A stretch of DNA of 64,000 nucleotides from Dicyema japonicum (GCA_011109175.1 RDEW01000002.1:686676-750675), one strand, 5' to 3'. Counted from the stretch's first letter, positions 1-13,869 are shown. A program made the numbers and translations. The notes: generated from the letters alone by a model not told the origin.

Positions 1-620
1 GATCGTCCGAGGTGGACCACATCAAAATAAACTTAAACAGCCTAATAAAATACTATGTGAAAATATTCCATAAAGACCATAAGAAGTCGGATGTATCTCC
101 GAAATATCTCAGTAAACCGAAAAGTAACCGGATACGATTCACTTTACTGAAAACGACGTGAGAAATGCATTGAAAGCCATTAAAACAACCTATTCTAACG
201 GACCGGATAAGATTCCAATGATCCTCTTAAAGAACTTGGGAGAGTATGGAATCGCTGCATTAACAAGGATATTCAACCTCTCCATTAACAAAAATTATAT
301 TCCAGTCTTATGGAAGCTTGCACCTACGTCCAATTTTGAAACCCGGTAAAGTGCAGAAGGACCAAGCATCATACAGACAGGTCGCGTTATTGTGATTGGT
401 GTCGAAAATTCTGGAAAGGCTGGTTCTTGCGAAAATCAAAAATTTTTTCCCGGACTTGTCTTTTCAACATGATTTTAAAAAAGAGAAGTCTACTTCGACC
501 CACTTATCTGCATTGACTAACTTTATATGATATGGTTTCTGGTACAGGCCGGGACACATGAAGACTTCACTTTGCTCAATAGACGTCCACAAATCTTTCG
601 AGAAAATGCCGCGTGGTTCA
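1..620 (+). mobile_element. Decayed non-LTR retrotransposon (LINE) RT fragment
   Basis: ORF 158-349 SNGPDKIPMILLKNLG..LTRIFNLSINKNYIPVLWK (RT N-terminus), then frameshifted SKILERLVL and IDVHKSFEK motifs. Confidence 0.8.
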
Positions 621-2668
621 TCTGTATAGTGGTGTTGTGCATCACATGATGTTAAAAAGAACTACACTTTCACTATCCCTATCCATGAAGGAGGATGGTT
701 TTCCAGGTAAGTATTAATTTTGTGTGGAGACGTCGAATCCAACCCAGGCCCTGAAATCAACCTCGTCCAGATTAATATTAACGAAATACGAAACAAGGTG
801 TTGGAAGTCCGCCATTTACTCAATAGTAATGAAATTGACATTGCTCTAGTCCAAGAGACAAAGCTACAAGCAAACATGCGAACCCCAACCTTTCCCGGGT
901 ACTCCGTTATCCGTAAAGACAGAAAGATTAAGTTTGGTGGAGGACTAATGANTATCAGTCTAGAATCAAAATGTGACGGACATCACTTATTGATTCTCTA
1001 TCGCCAAATACATCCGAGACGCTGATATAAAGGAAAATTAAATATTTGAGACATGGAAATGAAGGCTCTGAGAAAGCTTTCCACGGACAAAGATGTAGGA
1101 ACATCGACCCAAATATTTTAATGAAGCACTATGTCGCAATCAGCCATAAAAATTTCTCGAGGGAACACAGAGTCTACAAGAAGAAGTTGTATTCATCATA
1201 TGATTCGATTGTCTTTACTCCGCAAGAAGTTCGAAACGCAATCATGGATGCCAAAAACTCCTGTTACCGATATGCTGACAATGTCTCGATGATGGAATTG
1301 GTGAAAAAGCAACTGAATTCCTATCATACGTTTATACTATCTGTGAAAATAATATGATACCTTCTATATTGAAGAAATCCATAATTCTCAAATCGGAAGC
1401 CAAACAAATTTGCAATTGATCCTTCTTATCGTCCAATTGAAATATTATGTGCGATGTCCCGAATTTTAGAAAAATTAATCTTGACGAATCAAAGAAATTT
1501 GTACCAAATCGAGTATTCCAACATGGATTCCGTGAAAATCATTATACTACGACTCACCTAACGAAATTAACTCAATATAAATCTGACGGATTCTCCTATC
1601 CGAAACCACATAAAAAAACCATAATGGCTTCAATAGACTTGAAGAAATCATTTGACTCCGTGTCCCGGCTTATAGAGAAAATTTCTGACACTCTTATAAA
1701 TCCAAACATAAAAAGATGGCTGTCGAACTTTTTTAAATCGAAGAAGAGGACAAGTAATGTCTGACAACAGAAAATCTAAATCCCGTTTATTGCCGAATGG
1801 TGTCTCTCAAGGTTCACCTCTCTTTCCCCTACTCTTCAACCTGTACACCAATGACCTTCCCACCAATGACGATCCCGATACATTGATGCTCTCATACGCA
1901 GATGACATTGTTCTTGCGACGATAGACTATAACTATGAGAAGGCAGGCATAAAACTTCAAAGTTATACTGGTATGTTGGAACATTGGATCATCAAATCGA
2001 CTGGAAGTTTCTACAAGAAAGTCGTTTATAACAATTTTCTCTACATATAAAAGATCATTATGCTCTCCTAAATTCAAATTGTTTGGATGTGAAATTCCTA
2101 TGAATAAGTCTCCAAGAATACTAGGATTAAAGTTGGATACTCTCCTGACATTCGGCCAACAAGTCAATGACGTTACTACAAAAATCAGGAGGAGGACCAA
2201 CATATTGAAAATTTTGTCCCGATCACCAATCAAGCTCAACACCTTCTTACTACAGAAAATTTACAGACAATACATACTGCCAGTAATCGAATACACATGT
2301 CCTTCCTGGAGCTCGATGATTTCTGAATCGTCGTCTCAAAAATTAGAAGCCGCACAAGTTGATGCCTTGAAAATAATAAATAAGAAAACTGTGGATAACG
2401 TATTGAATGTTAAAGAACACCTAAGGTGGAAAGTGAAGTCATTTCTACAGTGGACAATGAAAACCGGCTGTCCGCTTTCACTTTCTATATCTGAGTATTT
2501 ATAAAATGCGGGAAATCTATGGATAATGAGACCGGCTCCGTTTCTACCAATTCTGTTGGATCTTCGAGGACCCCGAACGAGAGCCAGATTTCGGAAATCC
2601 AGGATCACTTTGTTAGTAGTTAACTTTAAAATTTTTCTAATCCGATGATCTTGGTGTAAAAAAAAAAG
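620..2668 (+). mobile_element. Decayed APE-RT LINE with N-terminal 2A-like motif
   Basis: CGDVESNPGP (723-752), then APE start (IALVQETKL, GYSVIRKDR..GGGL) and RT motifs IDLKKSFDSV, GVSQGSPLFPLLFNLY, YADDIV, LGLKLD; ends in an A-run at ~2658-2668. Many stops and frameshifts; single N at 952. Confidence 0.85.
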
Positions 2669-2679
2669 CTTTCGACTCT

Positions 2680-3420
2680 GTGTCAAAGAGGATTTTTACT
2701 TCGAAAATTTATTTGGAAAAAACAAAGATCCCTGGAAAGCTCAAACTCTGGCTAGCTACCTTCTTTAGTTGTCGGAAGGGACGCGTCTGCATTGGCCAGT
2801 CACCATCTATTTTACGGCTTCTCCCTAATGGGGATCCCCAAGATCCCCTTTGTCTCCAGTTTTATTCAACCTATTCATGGTGGTTCACCCACTCCAGACT
2901 CCGAAAATGATATTATTCTAACTTATGCCGACGACAATGTCATTGCGTCACGCGATCAGGACATCAAATTGCCATTTCGAAATTGCAAGAAAACCTGGAC
3001 CGTCTTGACGAATAGCTATCAAAGAATCGCCGAACTGCCAGCACTGAAAAGTCTGTCACAGCCCTATTTACTTCAGACAAGAGACTGGGAAGACGGACGG
3101 TCGAACTGAAAGCAAACAATGAAGCTATTACTTTCAGAAAATTCCAAAGGATCCTTGGGATGACTTTTGAAATGCATATGTCATTTTCTCCCTATGTTGA
3201 AAATGTTATTACGAAATGCAAAAAGTAAACTAATTTTCTAAAAAGCCTCACAGGCTTATAGACGATCGAAAAACATTCTGTTTTGAGCACCGAATATAAA
3301 CAATTCATTGAACCATGCATCTATAATGCATGTGGTATATGGGGCCCACTCATCTCTTGGACGAATGTCTTTAAGATCGAGGCTAGCCTGAAAAGAGCCT
3401 CCAAAATGACGGAACGATGC
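2680..3420 (+). mobile_element. LINE RT C-terminal fragment
   Basis: LTYADDNVIASRD, PRILGMTF-like segment and YACGIWG segment in broken frames. Confidence 0.75.
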
Positions 3421-3674
3421 AAAAAATAGTTATTAATAAAATCTTTAACTTTTTATATTTAACCAAAGAGATAAAAGACTTTGTTAATATTATTTGTCGA
3501 ATCCGCATCATTTTTTATTCATAAATGGAAAATTTTAAATTTTAAATTAAATTACCGTTACATTTGCATTTCTGCATATTAAATTTTATGAAATTATCAT
3601 AATCGGTCATGCATGTAAGACCTTGAGCCGTCATACATGTACAGTACCGGTCAATGAAAATTGCTTATCAATAT

Positions 3675-4520
3675 TTTTATTTTAATTACCCCGGGAACAC
3701 CGAGAAAGAAAGACAATTGAGGCAAACAGTTATGTGATCCCAGTCCCCGCAATCAATTGTGCTATTCGACGTCTGTGATCTTACATTGTCCCCACTACTT
3801 TCCGGAAGCCTTCTCTCGGTCTTGGAGAGGAATCCGATCGGGAAATCTCTTATCCAATCGGTTTTCTCTTTCCATGGTAATGATCAGGCGAAGCGGGTTT
3901 CCATCTTCCCCACAGACGCGAAGAAATTCGGAACCACGACTACGGGTATTAGCTTCAATGAGTAATGGGTCGACTATTGATCCATTACGTGGGCAAAGCA
4001 TACTGATGGTTTTCTGGTGTATTGAGTTGACTCTGTGGACCATAGTCTCCGATAGCGCGAATCTTCATGCAACAGAGGCATACTCAACGGCTGGCGCGAT
4101 TGTTTGTTGGTAGATGGTAGAAACAGAAGAGTCCATATTCCTCGGGGTCCTCCGGATAAAGGCGCTTAAAACGTTAATTTTCTGAAGGCCTCTGGTAATC
4201 ATGTCTTTTGCGTTGGAGTTAAAATTGAGTTGACTGTTGTAGTTGACTCCAAGGACATTGAAGGACCTTGTCACTGGAATCCGAGTATGAACAATAAAGA
4301 TACTCGGTTCATTCTTAGAACCACGGTCCGAAGTGAAAATGGTACAAATAGACTTGGTTGCAGAAATCGTAAGTCGATTCCCAATAATCCAATCGTAGAG
4401 AATGTTCAATTTTGCCTGAGTTTTAAAGGATGCGACTTGCGTCGAACGGTTCCGTATTGCAATGACTACATCGTCTGCGTAAGATAATGACAGAGAATCT
4501 TCNAATGTCAATTTACTTCC
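3675..4520 (-). mobile_element. 5'-truncated LINE (RT C-terminus plus 3' tail)
   Basis: ORF 4065-4523 LSYADDVVIA..FNVLGVNY..EYASVA; 3' tail CTCGGTGTTCCCGGGGTAATTAAAA; clearly homologous to 41000-41520. Confidence 0.85.
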
Positions 4521-4529
4521 CACTGTTGG

Positions 4530-4915
4530 ATCCTCTGCATTCTGTTACGAGTTATGATTTGGGGGTGTATATCATATTACGGTGTCAGCAATATTGTTTT
4601 TGTAGATCAAAACATGAATAGTGCATGTTATATTAATTTATTAGCTAATAATCTGCAACAATCTGCAGAAAAAATGGGCCTAAAATCAATTAATTTTCAG
4701 CAAGACAACTCTCTATAGCTGGGTGGCATAATGGTTAAATCACGGGTTCGATTCTCGATGCTGTTCGCCTGGTGAATAGTTCCACACATGTCGCATGGTC
4801 AAAGAATTTTTTGAAAAAGAAAAATCTCAAATTCTCGATTGGCCGTCACAATCACCAGATCTCAACCTCATAGAGCATGCACGGGCCTTCATGAAGAATC
4901 AATTATCTGGCCTAT
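4530..4915 (+). mobile_element. Tc1/mariner transposase fragment
   Basis: VMIWGCISYYG..FQQDN..DWPSQSPDLNLIEH, interrupted by a family C SINE. A Tc1-like end (TA-CAGTACCGGTCAA) at 3640-3654 may belong to it. Confidence 0.85.
4718..4795 (+). mobile_element. tRNA-derived SINE family C, truncated copy
   Basis: A box TGGCATAATGG and B box GGTTCGATTC; matches 23820-24030 (minus strand). Confidence 0.7.
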
Positions 4916-5799
4916 AGTTATCTGGATTTGAACTAGCTTTTCCCTTCTTCGGCATGCGGGCTTCGGACACTGTTCTTCAAATAGATACTAATTCGTTATG
5001 CGGCCTTACCGGTTTTATGAATGAGTCGTATAATAGGATTCTCATTTTCGTGTGATATCTCTTTGATTAAACCATAGATTCTTCAGTTTATATAGTGCAG
5101 CATTGGCTAGAGTTTTTCTGTGTAAAATATCTTTGCTATCTCCTATAAGTGAACCGAGTTTTTTTACTTGTCTTCTCTTCTATAACATTACTCATCCTTC
5201 TTATCTCTGTGAGTTCTGTTTACTCTCTGTTCACAGTAAGAAACCATTTCTCTAGTACATCTGACCTGAATATTACTCGAACGTGTTTTGTCTGATTCAT
5301 CCTTCAACTTTGAAATCACTTTATGATTTCCTTTCAATAGTAATTGACACGTTTTATAAGTTATAATAAAATGCCCATTTCTCTTATTTAGTTTGTGAGT
5401 CAAAAATATCAAAATGATAGTTATTAATAAAATCTTAAACTTTTTGCTTTTATCTAAAAAGATCAAATACGTTAACCTTCTTTGTCGAATCCCCATCATT
5501 TTCAAATTTGATTTCTTTATTTCTTTCGCAAATAAAAACTATTTATTGACCTAATTACCTTTTTAGAATGATCTATGGTTAACCATTTCAGAATGACAAT
5601 ATTAATTGTTAAATATTAGAATAATTATAATCAATTTATATTAGTTAATATCAGAAGATAAGTTTTTGTCGCTGGGTGCTTTACTGACAGATTACAAAGT
5701 GGACTTCACGATTCTAAGAAACAAAGTTAATTAAATCAATACCTGATTCTCGAGACGTGTTTGTTTCTGTGAATAATTTGTTTGTTTTGGCATGAAACA

Positions 5800-8316
5800 T
5801 TGGACTAAATGAATTTACTTTCCAACAAGATTTGGTTCCTTGTCATCGATCAGTGTTGACAACTACGTTTTTTTTAATAACATCCCATTTCTTGACAGAC
5901 CGCCGCAATCTCCAAACATTCTCTTCCCCATACAGACTCTTCGTATGCCTGGATGGTATACCTCAACTGGAATCTCGAGATGTTGTTTGTTCCCCTGTAT
6001 TCTATTGCTTTCTGGAGATATTGAACAAAACCCTGGACCAAAACCCCTTATTATCATGCACCGCATTGCTAACGGTATAAAAACAAAGATTCTATCATCA
6101 AAGCACAAGATTGACATTTGCCATATACAGGAGTTAAATTTTCTACAAAGAGTACAACCCCACTATTTCCTGGATACATCTCTATCAGAATAAACCGTAT
6201 TGGACGTGGTGGCGACTTACTTATCATTATTAAAAAAGGTTTATCCTTCCACGATGTAAGCGCAAGTGGATGATTTAATTCTACACGACAGGACCGCGGA
6301 ACAAATTTATGTTATCTTAATGGGTCAGAACATCTAATTCTAATTAACATTTACATTCCACTGCCAGGATCTAGTCCTAATAACTATGTTCCGAAGATGG
6401 ATCGTCTCTTACGATTTTCATAGTGATCATATTCCGATTATACTAAAACTGAGCCGATTCAATAACTCATGTAGAATTTAAGCAAACTTCAGATCTACAA
6501 AAAACACTGACTGGTCAAATTTCAAGCTCTTAATTAACCTAATACATTTTGATCCCAGCTCATTTTGCTCCATCGACAAAGCAGTGGACCATCTAAACCA
6601 TGTAATCCTTCGAGCTGAAAAGTTGTTTGCCCTACGTGCAGTTTACAAATCCTACAAGACTACTCTGGACTCGGAAACTCGTCTCCTCATCAGCAATGAA
6701 ACTCCCTGAAGATGAATCATCAACAAACCTCTTCTGATTTGGAAAATATATAATGTTTAAATCAGAAAAAAACAAAACTCATCAGATAAAAGAAAGATAG
6801 GGCGTAGAACCGCCTATTACCATCTATTGGACATAAAATCTACGAGTTTTTTATGGAAAACTATTTGTCGAATCAAGCTAAACTTATCAGGTGTATCAGA
6901 ATTCTTTTCTGCTCCAAATAGTGAAAAAGTTAACAACCTAGTGAATTATTACGCATCTATAAGTCACAAGGACTTTTCGAAAACTCATTCTTGTCACCTT
7001 CGGAATTTAATGCCTAAACCAACTTCGTGGATCGATTTATTTACGCATGCCGATGTCACACATGCTATAAGATCGATGAAGAGATCTTCTACGAGTGTTC
7101 CTGACGATATTACGGGAATTTTTCTAAAACACCTTGGTAATATTTCAATCAATTCGATTACGTCAATTTTTAATTTGTCTTCTAACAAGAACGTCATCCC
7201 ATGCAAATGGAAGAACTCACTTATAATGCCCCTCTTAAAACAAGGAAAACCGAAAACCTTACATTTTTCATACCGTCCAATTTCATTGACGTGCGCATTA
7301 TCGCGCCTAATGGAGAAACTCGTACTCTGGGAAGTTAAACTCCATTTGCTCAACTGCCACTTTCAACATGGTTTCAAATGTGAGCGTTCAACTACGACAC
7401 AGTACAGATAGGCCACGCAAGATCGGAGTCCTATCTTCTATCAAGTGGCGTCTCTCAAGAATCGCCCCCTCTCCGGCGCTATTCAATTTATTCCTAAACG
7501 ATTTACTGGAGGACCAGATTCAATGCTTTTTACATATGCTGACGACTTAATTATTGCTAGTAGAAGCAAATAAGTGGATATGCAAAATCAGAGCTTCAGT
7601 CACAAATTGATGATCTGGGAGCCTGGTTGAATTTGGATCGTCTATCCATATCCAGGGATAAATCAACGTTTACTATCTTCATCACAGACAGAAAAGAAAA
7701 ATATACACTGTATTTGAGCATATATGGAGACTCTACCTCTACAAATACATAAAACTATTCTGGGAGTGACATTCGACCTTTGATGACATTTTATCAACAT
7801 GTGAAGAACGTTTTGACAAAGGGTCTCAGGAAACTGAATATAATGAAATTGTTCTTAAAGTCCAAGCTGTCACGGGAATGCGCTGTCGTTTTGTACAATC
7901 AACTTTTAAAACCGAAGGCTTATGGAGATTCAATATCCAATTTGTACAAGATCAATTCTCTAACTGCCAAATTGGTTCGTCTAACAAATTACCAGTCGAT
8001 CTTTCCCCTCAATGCTTGACCACGCCTCAATCGAAAACAAAGGCTCCGGTATCATCGGTCTGTGTGGTCACGAAACAAGTCGTTTCTTCCATTCAAGACT
8101 AGAAGTCGTAAATACACGTAAATTGGAAAAAAACCCACCCCTCTTCAAATTTTAATGGAAGGTGATCGTCGTCGATACAGGAAAGCCGTGGGTACTCTGG
8201 AGGATCACAAGAAAAACCTCTCGATCCTTTTGAGGTGTACCGGGATCACTTATTTAGTTGGTTTACTCCTTCTTTCTTGGTGTTCCCTTCTCGGGGTTAT
8301 TAAATAAATAAATAAA
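5800..8316 (+). mobile_element. Near full-length decayed single-ORF APE-RT LINE with 2A-like motif
   Basis: LLLSGDIEQNPGP (6002-6040), APE (DICHIQE, GRGG), RT (SYRPISLTCALSRLMEKLV, FQHGF, YADDL); 3' end CTTGGTGTTCCCTTCTCGGGGTTAT(TAAA)n; internal deletions; no ORF1 seen. Confidence 0.85.
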
Positions 8317-8329
8317 GGTTGTAACTGCA

Positions 8330-11300
8330 AAACCGGTTTTTTTTCTATCAACACTGTAATTTCAAAAAATGGTTCCTGAAAATAAACACCGACTCCCTGA
8401 AAAATGTTCCGGTATGGATCGAGGACGAGGAATTACTTGATTACATAAAGGATTTGGCTCCGACAGCGATGAGTGTTTTTTGAATGTTCCGTGATGGTAA
8501 GAAACTCCCTGTGACGAAAGTCACAATTACGTCCAGGGCTGAAGAGACCTCCCTAATCAGGAATGGACTGTTCATTGCTCGAGACCTAATCAACTGTGAA
8601 TGGATGAAGAGGCCCCCTCCTATCTGCTACAATTGTGAACGAATTGGCCATATCGCCGCGCATTGCAAGGAGAAGAAGAGGTGCCTCAAGTGTGGAGGGG
8701 AACACGACCTTGTTGTGTGTGAATTTTCTCCAGACGTGAAGACAAATTGTATTAATTGTGGAGGACCAGGGCATAATGCCCTATACAGAGGATGTCTTGC
8801 TATGAAGGAGGCATCCAAGAAAATGATCCCCATAAAGACAGAGTCAAAAAAAGCAGTCAAGCCAACACAAAAGGTGAAGAGGACCAGTATATCACATATT
8901 CAGGATGGGCCAGTGGAGCGGAGTGCTACACGGGAACTTAAGCAGAGGAAGGCAGAAGTTTCCGTGAGGTATCTCGAAAGTTAAGTGAAATAATCGCACG
9001 TCTAAACAAGCTATGTACACTGCTGATTGTGGATTTACGGAATTTCGTGGACCTGGCTGTGGAGAGCCCAGACCACCATCAAAAATTATGAAAAAGCACT
9101 TAAAAATAGCGCTACTGAATGACCGCTCCTTGGTGAAAAGGCATGATGAACTAGCGCTACTTGCAAAGAATGCCAAGGTTGATGTCTTGGTAGTGAACGA
9201 GACAAAAATTAAACACGGAAGATATTATAGTATGAAAAGATATGATTCGGTGGACATTCAGTGGAAGGATGGAGCAATGGCTGGGAGGGGGACTTTGATC
9301 TTTTTCCTTAAAGAATTGCAAACACGAAACGATTCTATTTTATTGACCGCAGATTCGGAATTCGTGTCCGTCGATGTACAATGTGGAGGGACATGGATAA
9401 GTGTGGGAGGATTATACTCTAAGGACTTGATCCCAGTCTTCTGAGAAAATTGTTGAGTTCTTCGAAAGAAAATGATGAGAAATTAATAGGAGACTTGAAT
9501 GCTAATAATTCGAGTTACGGATGTTGTGAAAACAACGAGGATAGGCTATTCTTAGCAGATCTGGATAACAAAATTGGAGTTGAAGTCTTGACGTCTGAGG
9601 AACCTAACTATTTCTCACACTAGGCGGTGATATGATGGGATTGATTCTAGTGTCTTCACAACTTATAGATCATGTGGACAAACCGAGAATACTTTGGGAT
9701 ATAGGAAGCGATCATATCACACAGGAGGTAATTATAAACCTGGAACCGAATGTTATTGAAGATATTTTCATAAAATATGATACCTCATCGATAGACTGGG
9801 AACATAATCGTGTGCTTTTGTCGAAGACCTTGCGAATGAGAAGTAATTCTTTCTCTTCACCTGAGGAGTTGGACGTTTGTAACTGGGAACTGTCTAATAT
9901 TATGCAGATGTATCTGCGATTGTATGGAAAGAAGGTTTATTCCAAGAGTGCTTCGAACAAGAAGCAGTCTTCCCCTTCCGTGATACGGGATCTTATTCGC
10001 CAGAGGAATAGTTTAAATGCTAAACTTAGACGCTGTATGAATTTGTGGGACAGGAAAACTCTTAAAAGNTAGCGCTACTTGCAAAGAATGCCAAGGTTGA
10101 TGTCTTGGTAGTGAACGAGACAAAAATTAAACACGAAAGATATTATAGTATACAAGGATATGACTCGGTTGACATTTCGTGGAAGCATGGAGCAGTGGTT
10201 GGGACAGGGATTTCGATCTTTTTCCTTAAAGAATTGCAAACACGAAACGATTCTATTTTATTGGCCGCCTATTCGGAATTTGTGTCCGTCGATGTACAAT
10301 GTGGAGGGACATGGATAAGCGTCGGAGGATTATACTCTTAGGACTTGGCCCGATCTTCTGAGAAAATTGTTGAGTTCTTTGAAAAAACCCGATGTCGATT
10401 TTGGTAGGAGACTTGAATGCTAACAATACGAGTTACGGATGTTGTAAAAACAACGGGGATAGGCTACTCCTAACAGATCTGGTTAGCGAAATTGGAGTTG
10501 AAGTCTCGACGTCTGAGGAACCTAACTATTTCTCACACTATGACGGTGATATGCTGGTAATGATTCTTGTGTCTTCACAACTTATAAATCATGTGGACAA
10601 ACCGAGAATACTTTGGGATATAGGAAGCGATCATATCTTACAGGAGGTATTTATAAACCTGGAGTCGAATATTATTGAAGATATTTTCATAAAATATGAT
10701 ACTTCATCGATAGACTGGGAACATTATCGTTGTTATTTGTCGAAGACCTTGCGAATGAGGACTAATTCTTTCTCTACACCTGAGGAGTTGGACGTTTGTA
10801 ACTGGGAACTGTCTAATATTATGCAGATGTATCTGCGATTGTATGGAAAGAAGGTTTATTCCAAGAGTGCTTCGAACAAGAAGCAGTCTTCCCCTTCCGT
10901 GATACGGGATCTTATTCGCCAGAGGAATAGTTTAAATGCTAAACTTAGACGCTGTATGAATTTGTGGGACAGGAAAACTCTTAAAAGCTAAATTTCTGTG
11001 ATTCAAAAATTACTGGAAAGAGCATGGAAAGTCGTTGCGGAGGATAAACTAAAAAATGCAGCCTCAAAAGTTAACTAAAAAACCTTTGTTTCTGGAAAAT
11101 GTACAGAAGGCTTACTAATGGAAATTTAAAGGCAAAGAGTATTGTGCTGGCCGATCATGAGGGAAGGAAAATTCCTTTGGAAAGAGTCCCTTCGGTGTTC
11201 AGGAAGCAGCTTGAGGATATACAGGGAGTTAATCCGCTTAGTATTGTACCTGAAATTTTTCAGAGGAGATATTTAATTTTATGGATTACTCTATGGGCGA

Positions 11301-12990
11301 GCTGAAAAGTCTGGGAAAAGATATCACTTTGGCTGAAGTCAGAACTGCTATACGCGAGTGCAAGAACAAGGCTCCTGTATTTGACAGCATTCCCATCATT
11401 ATGTTTAGAGAAGGGCCCGAAGAACTACTATCTGTTCTACAAAAGATGTATAACTCGAGTTTTAAGCTCGGATATGTTCCTCTGCTATGGAAGCATTCTA
11501 TTGTGAAGATGATCCTCAAACCTGGAAAATCGTGGAAGGATTTTCTTAGTTATAGACCAAGAAGCTTTATATGTTCTACATCAAAGATTATGGAACGGAT
11601 TGTATTCAAGAGATTGAATCGGCATATGGAAGAAAGTAACTTTGTACGACTATACCAATGGGGTTTTTGGCCAGGAAGATCGTGCGGAAATTGTATATTC
11701 TCACTAAATTATGAAAATGGCACGAAGCCTTATTTTGTCAACTTGTACGATCAAAGATGTCTAAAAAAATGTTCCTAGGGTTGAAAGACTATTTGTCTGG
11801 GAGGATATCTTATGTGGTAGCTGATGGAAGATATTCTGATGGTATATCGTTTAAATGAGGAGTACCGCAAAGATCTATTTTAAGACACCCTGTTATTCAA
11901 CGTATTTATGGAAGATTTTCCGTCTCCACTAGACGTCAGGACCAANCCTTATTTTGTCAACTTGTACGATCAAAGATGTCTAAAAAAATGTTCCTAGGGT
12001 TGAAAGACTATTTGTCTGGGAGGATATCTTATGTGGTAGCTGATGGAAGATATTCTGATGGTATATCGTTTAAATGAGGAGTACCGCAGGGATCTATTTT
12101 AAGACCCCTGTTATTCAACGTATTTATGGAAGATTTTCCGTCTCCACTAGACGTCAGGACCAAGCTGATAAAATACGCTGATGACATTTAATCTTGGATT
12201 CGTCTTTGAATACATACCTTTCAGAGCGGAGATTAGGAGTTTTTGTTAACAAAGTCCAGGAATGGTGAGATCGGAGAGCCCTGAGACTCTCCACGGAAAA
12301 GTCCAGTTATTTACAAATAAACAGGCTGGGTTGGCATCACGAAGAGTCTTACACTCTTCGCAAACCGAGAGTTTTTGTTAACAAAGTCCAGGAATGGTGA
12401 GATCGGAGAGCCCTGAGACTCTCCACGGAAAAGTCCAGTTATTTACGAATAAACAGGCTGGGTTGGCATCACGAAGAGTCTTACACTCTTCGCAAACCGA
12501 GAGTTTCGTCCCTGAAATACCTTGGAATTGTATTTGATGGGAGAGGATCATATCTGAAAGACATCGAAGAGCGAAGAAAGAAGGCTGTGCAAGCACTGTT
12601 CTGCACTAGAAGACATAAGTTGGATGGTGAAACCATGTTCTTTGTTTTTCGGAATGTGATTTTTCCAAGACATATTTACGGAAGCGAGGGATGGTTTTAC
12701 AGACCCTCGAGGGAGAGGATCCTCGCTCGACTTGAGAAAACAAGGCGAGCGGCGATCAAACTATATTTTGGAAAAAAATTATATGATGTTTCTACTGAGG
12801 AAGAGAATAATCTTGTGAGGCCGGTCAGGCAAGATGTAGAAATTAGAATCAGTAACTTCCAAGATTAGTAGAAGGGTGTTAGGCAAGGAAACAAAAGGAC
12901 CGGGATGAACAGTCCAGGCCATCTGGCGGACTGAATATCTATTCCGTAGCTTGATGTTAGATTGTTGATAATAATAAACACTGAGTAAAA
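8330..12990 (+). mobile_element. Decayed two-ORF LINE (gag-like ORF1, APE-RT ORF2; I/Jockey-like)
   Basis: ORF1 with three CCHC knuckles (CYNCERIGHIAAHC, CLKCGGEH..C, CINCGGPGH..C); APE (VVNETK, VGDLNA, GSDH); RT (SYRP, GVPQGSIL, KYADD); three internal tandem duplications. Confidence 0.9.
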
Positions 12991-13019
12991 AAAGTCTACT
13001 TCATTCAGCCGCCGCTCAA

Positions 13020-13590
13020 ATAGGACATCCGATGAAACGTAGAGAAAACATAAGAATGTGGAAGATGTAACCGGACAGAAAATCCTTGCTTTTGGTGCTT
13101 TTGGAAAGCTAATAAAAATTTGACTCTAGGGTAAAAATCTCAGTGGAAAAGTAAAGCTAAAGATATACAAATGCTTTGTCGTGTCCAACCTAACTTTTAA
13201 TTGCGTGACATATGGCTTGTAAAAAAAGGCTATGGAAAGAATTGACAGCTTTCACCGCATCATGTTTCGGAAGTCACTCAATATACGATACAATATGAAT
13301 ATATATAACCCAAATTATATAAATTATGTAACACAGAACCAATTTCGATGGAAATAAGACGATTGAGAGTGGCGGTAACATTTTGAGGATGAACTTTGAA
13401 GTACCAGCAAATCGTGTGATGGAAGAATATTTATTGGAACAAGATAGATTATTCCGAGAAAGACCAAAGACAACTCTATCATCTTTGATAATTGAGGACT
13501 TGAAAGGCGTAGGCGGAAGCTAAAAACGGATAGATATGAGATTCGTCCGGCTCTCCGACTGAGACATCGGATAAGGGAGTCTTGTATCAT
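13020..13590 (+). mobile_element. RTE-clade LINE 3' fragment
   Basis: KVKLKIYKCFVVSNLTFNCVTY..ERIDSFHRIMFRKSL, resembling 52998-53940. Confidence 0.7.
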
Positions 13591-13869
13591 TTTCCTGTAG
13601 GCAAAACAACGATTGGACCATCCCGCTTACGTTATCATTGTTTTCTCTATTGGATTCATTGTGAGTAGATCCGAAGAATATGTTCCACTATGATCATTAG
13701 AAAGAAGAGTACTCATCACCAAAAAAATATAATATCAATAAAAAAATAACATACATGTTACTAGCACATTTAACACATTGATTAAATCAAAAATCTTTAT
13801 GCGTCTAAGTGCACAATCTTGACGCAGTTTTAACATTTTTCTTTTAATATTGATCAACCCACATTGCAG

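Noticed and set aside
3640-4915. One nested Tc1 element containing a LINE and a SINE
   Set aside because: An N at 4503 lies next to the LINE/Tc1 junction and much of the transposase is missing, so nesting cannot be supported.
9152-10988. ~918-bp tandem duplication of the LINE APE region, suggesting a double-endonuclease element
   Set aside because: The junction is a single N (10069) and the 3' parts of the two copies are identical while the 5' parts differ; most likely unmerged contig, haplotype or paralogue overlap.
11728-12500. 218-bp and 132-bp tandem duplications in the LINE RT
   Set aside because: The first is joined by N (11946) and is near-identical; the second differs at one base. 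Assembly artefact is likely and cannot be excluded without reads.
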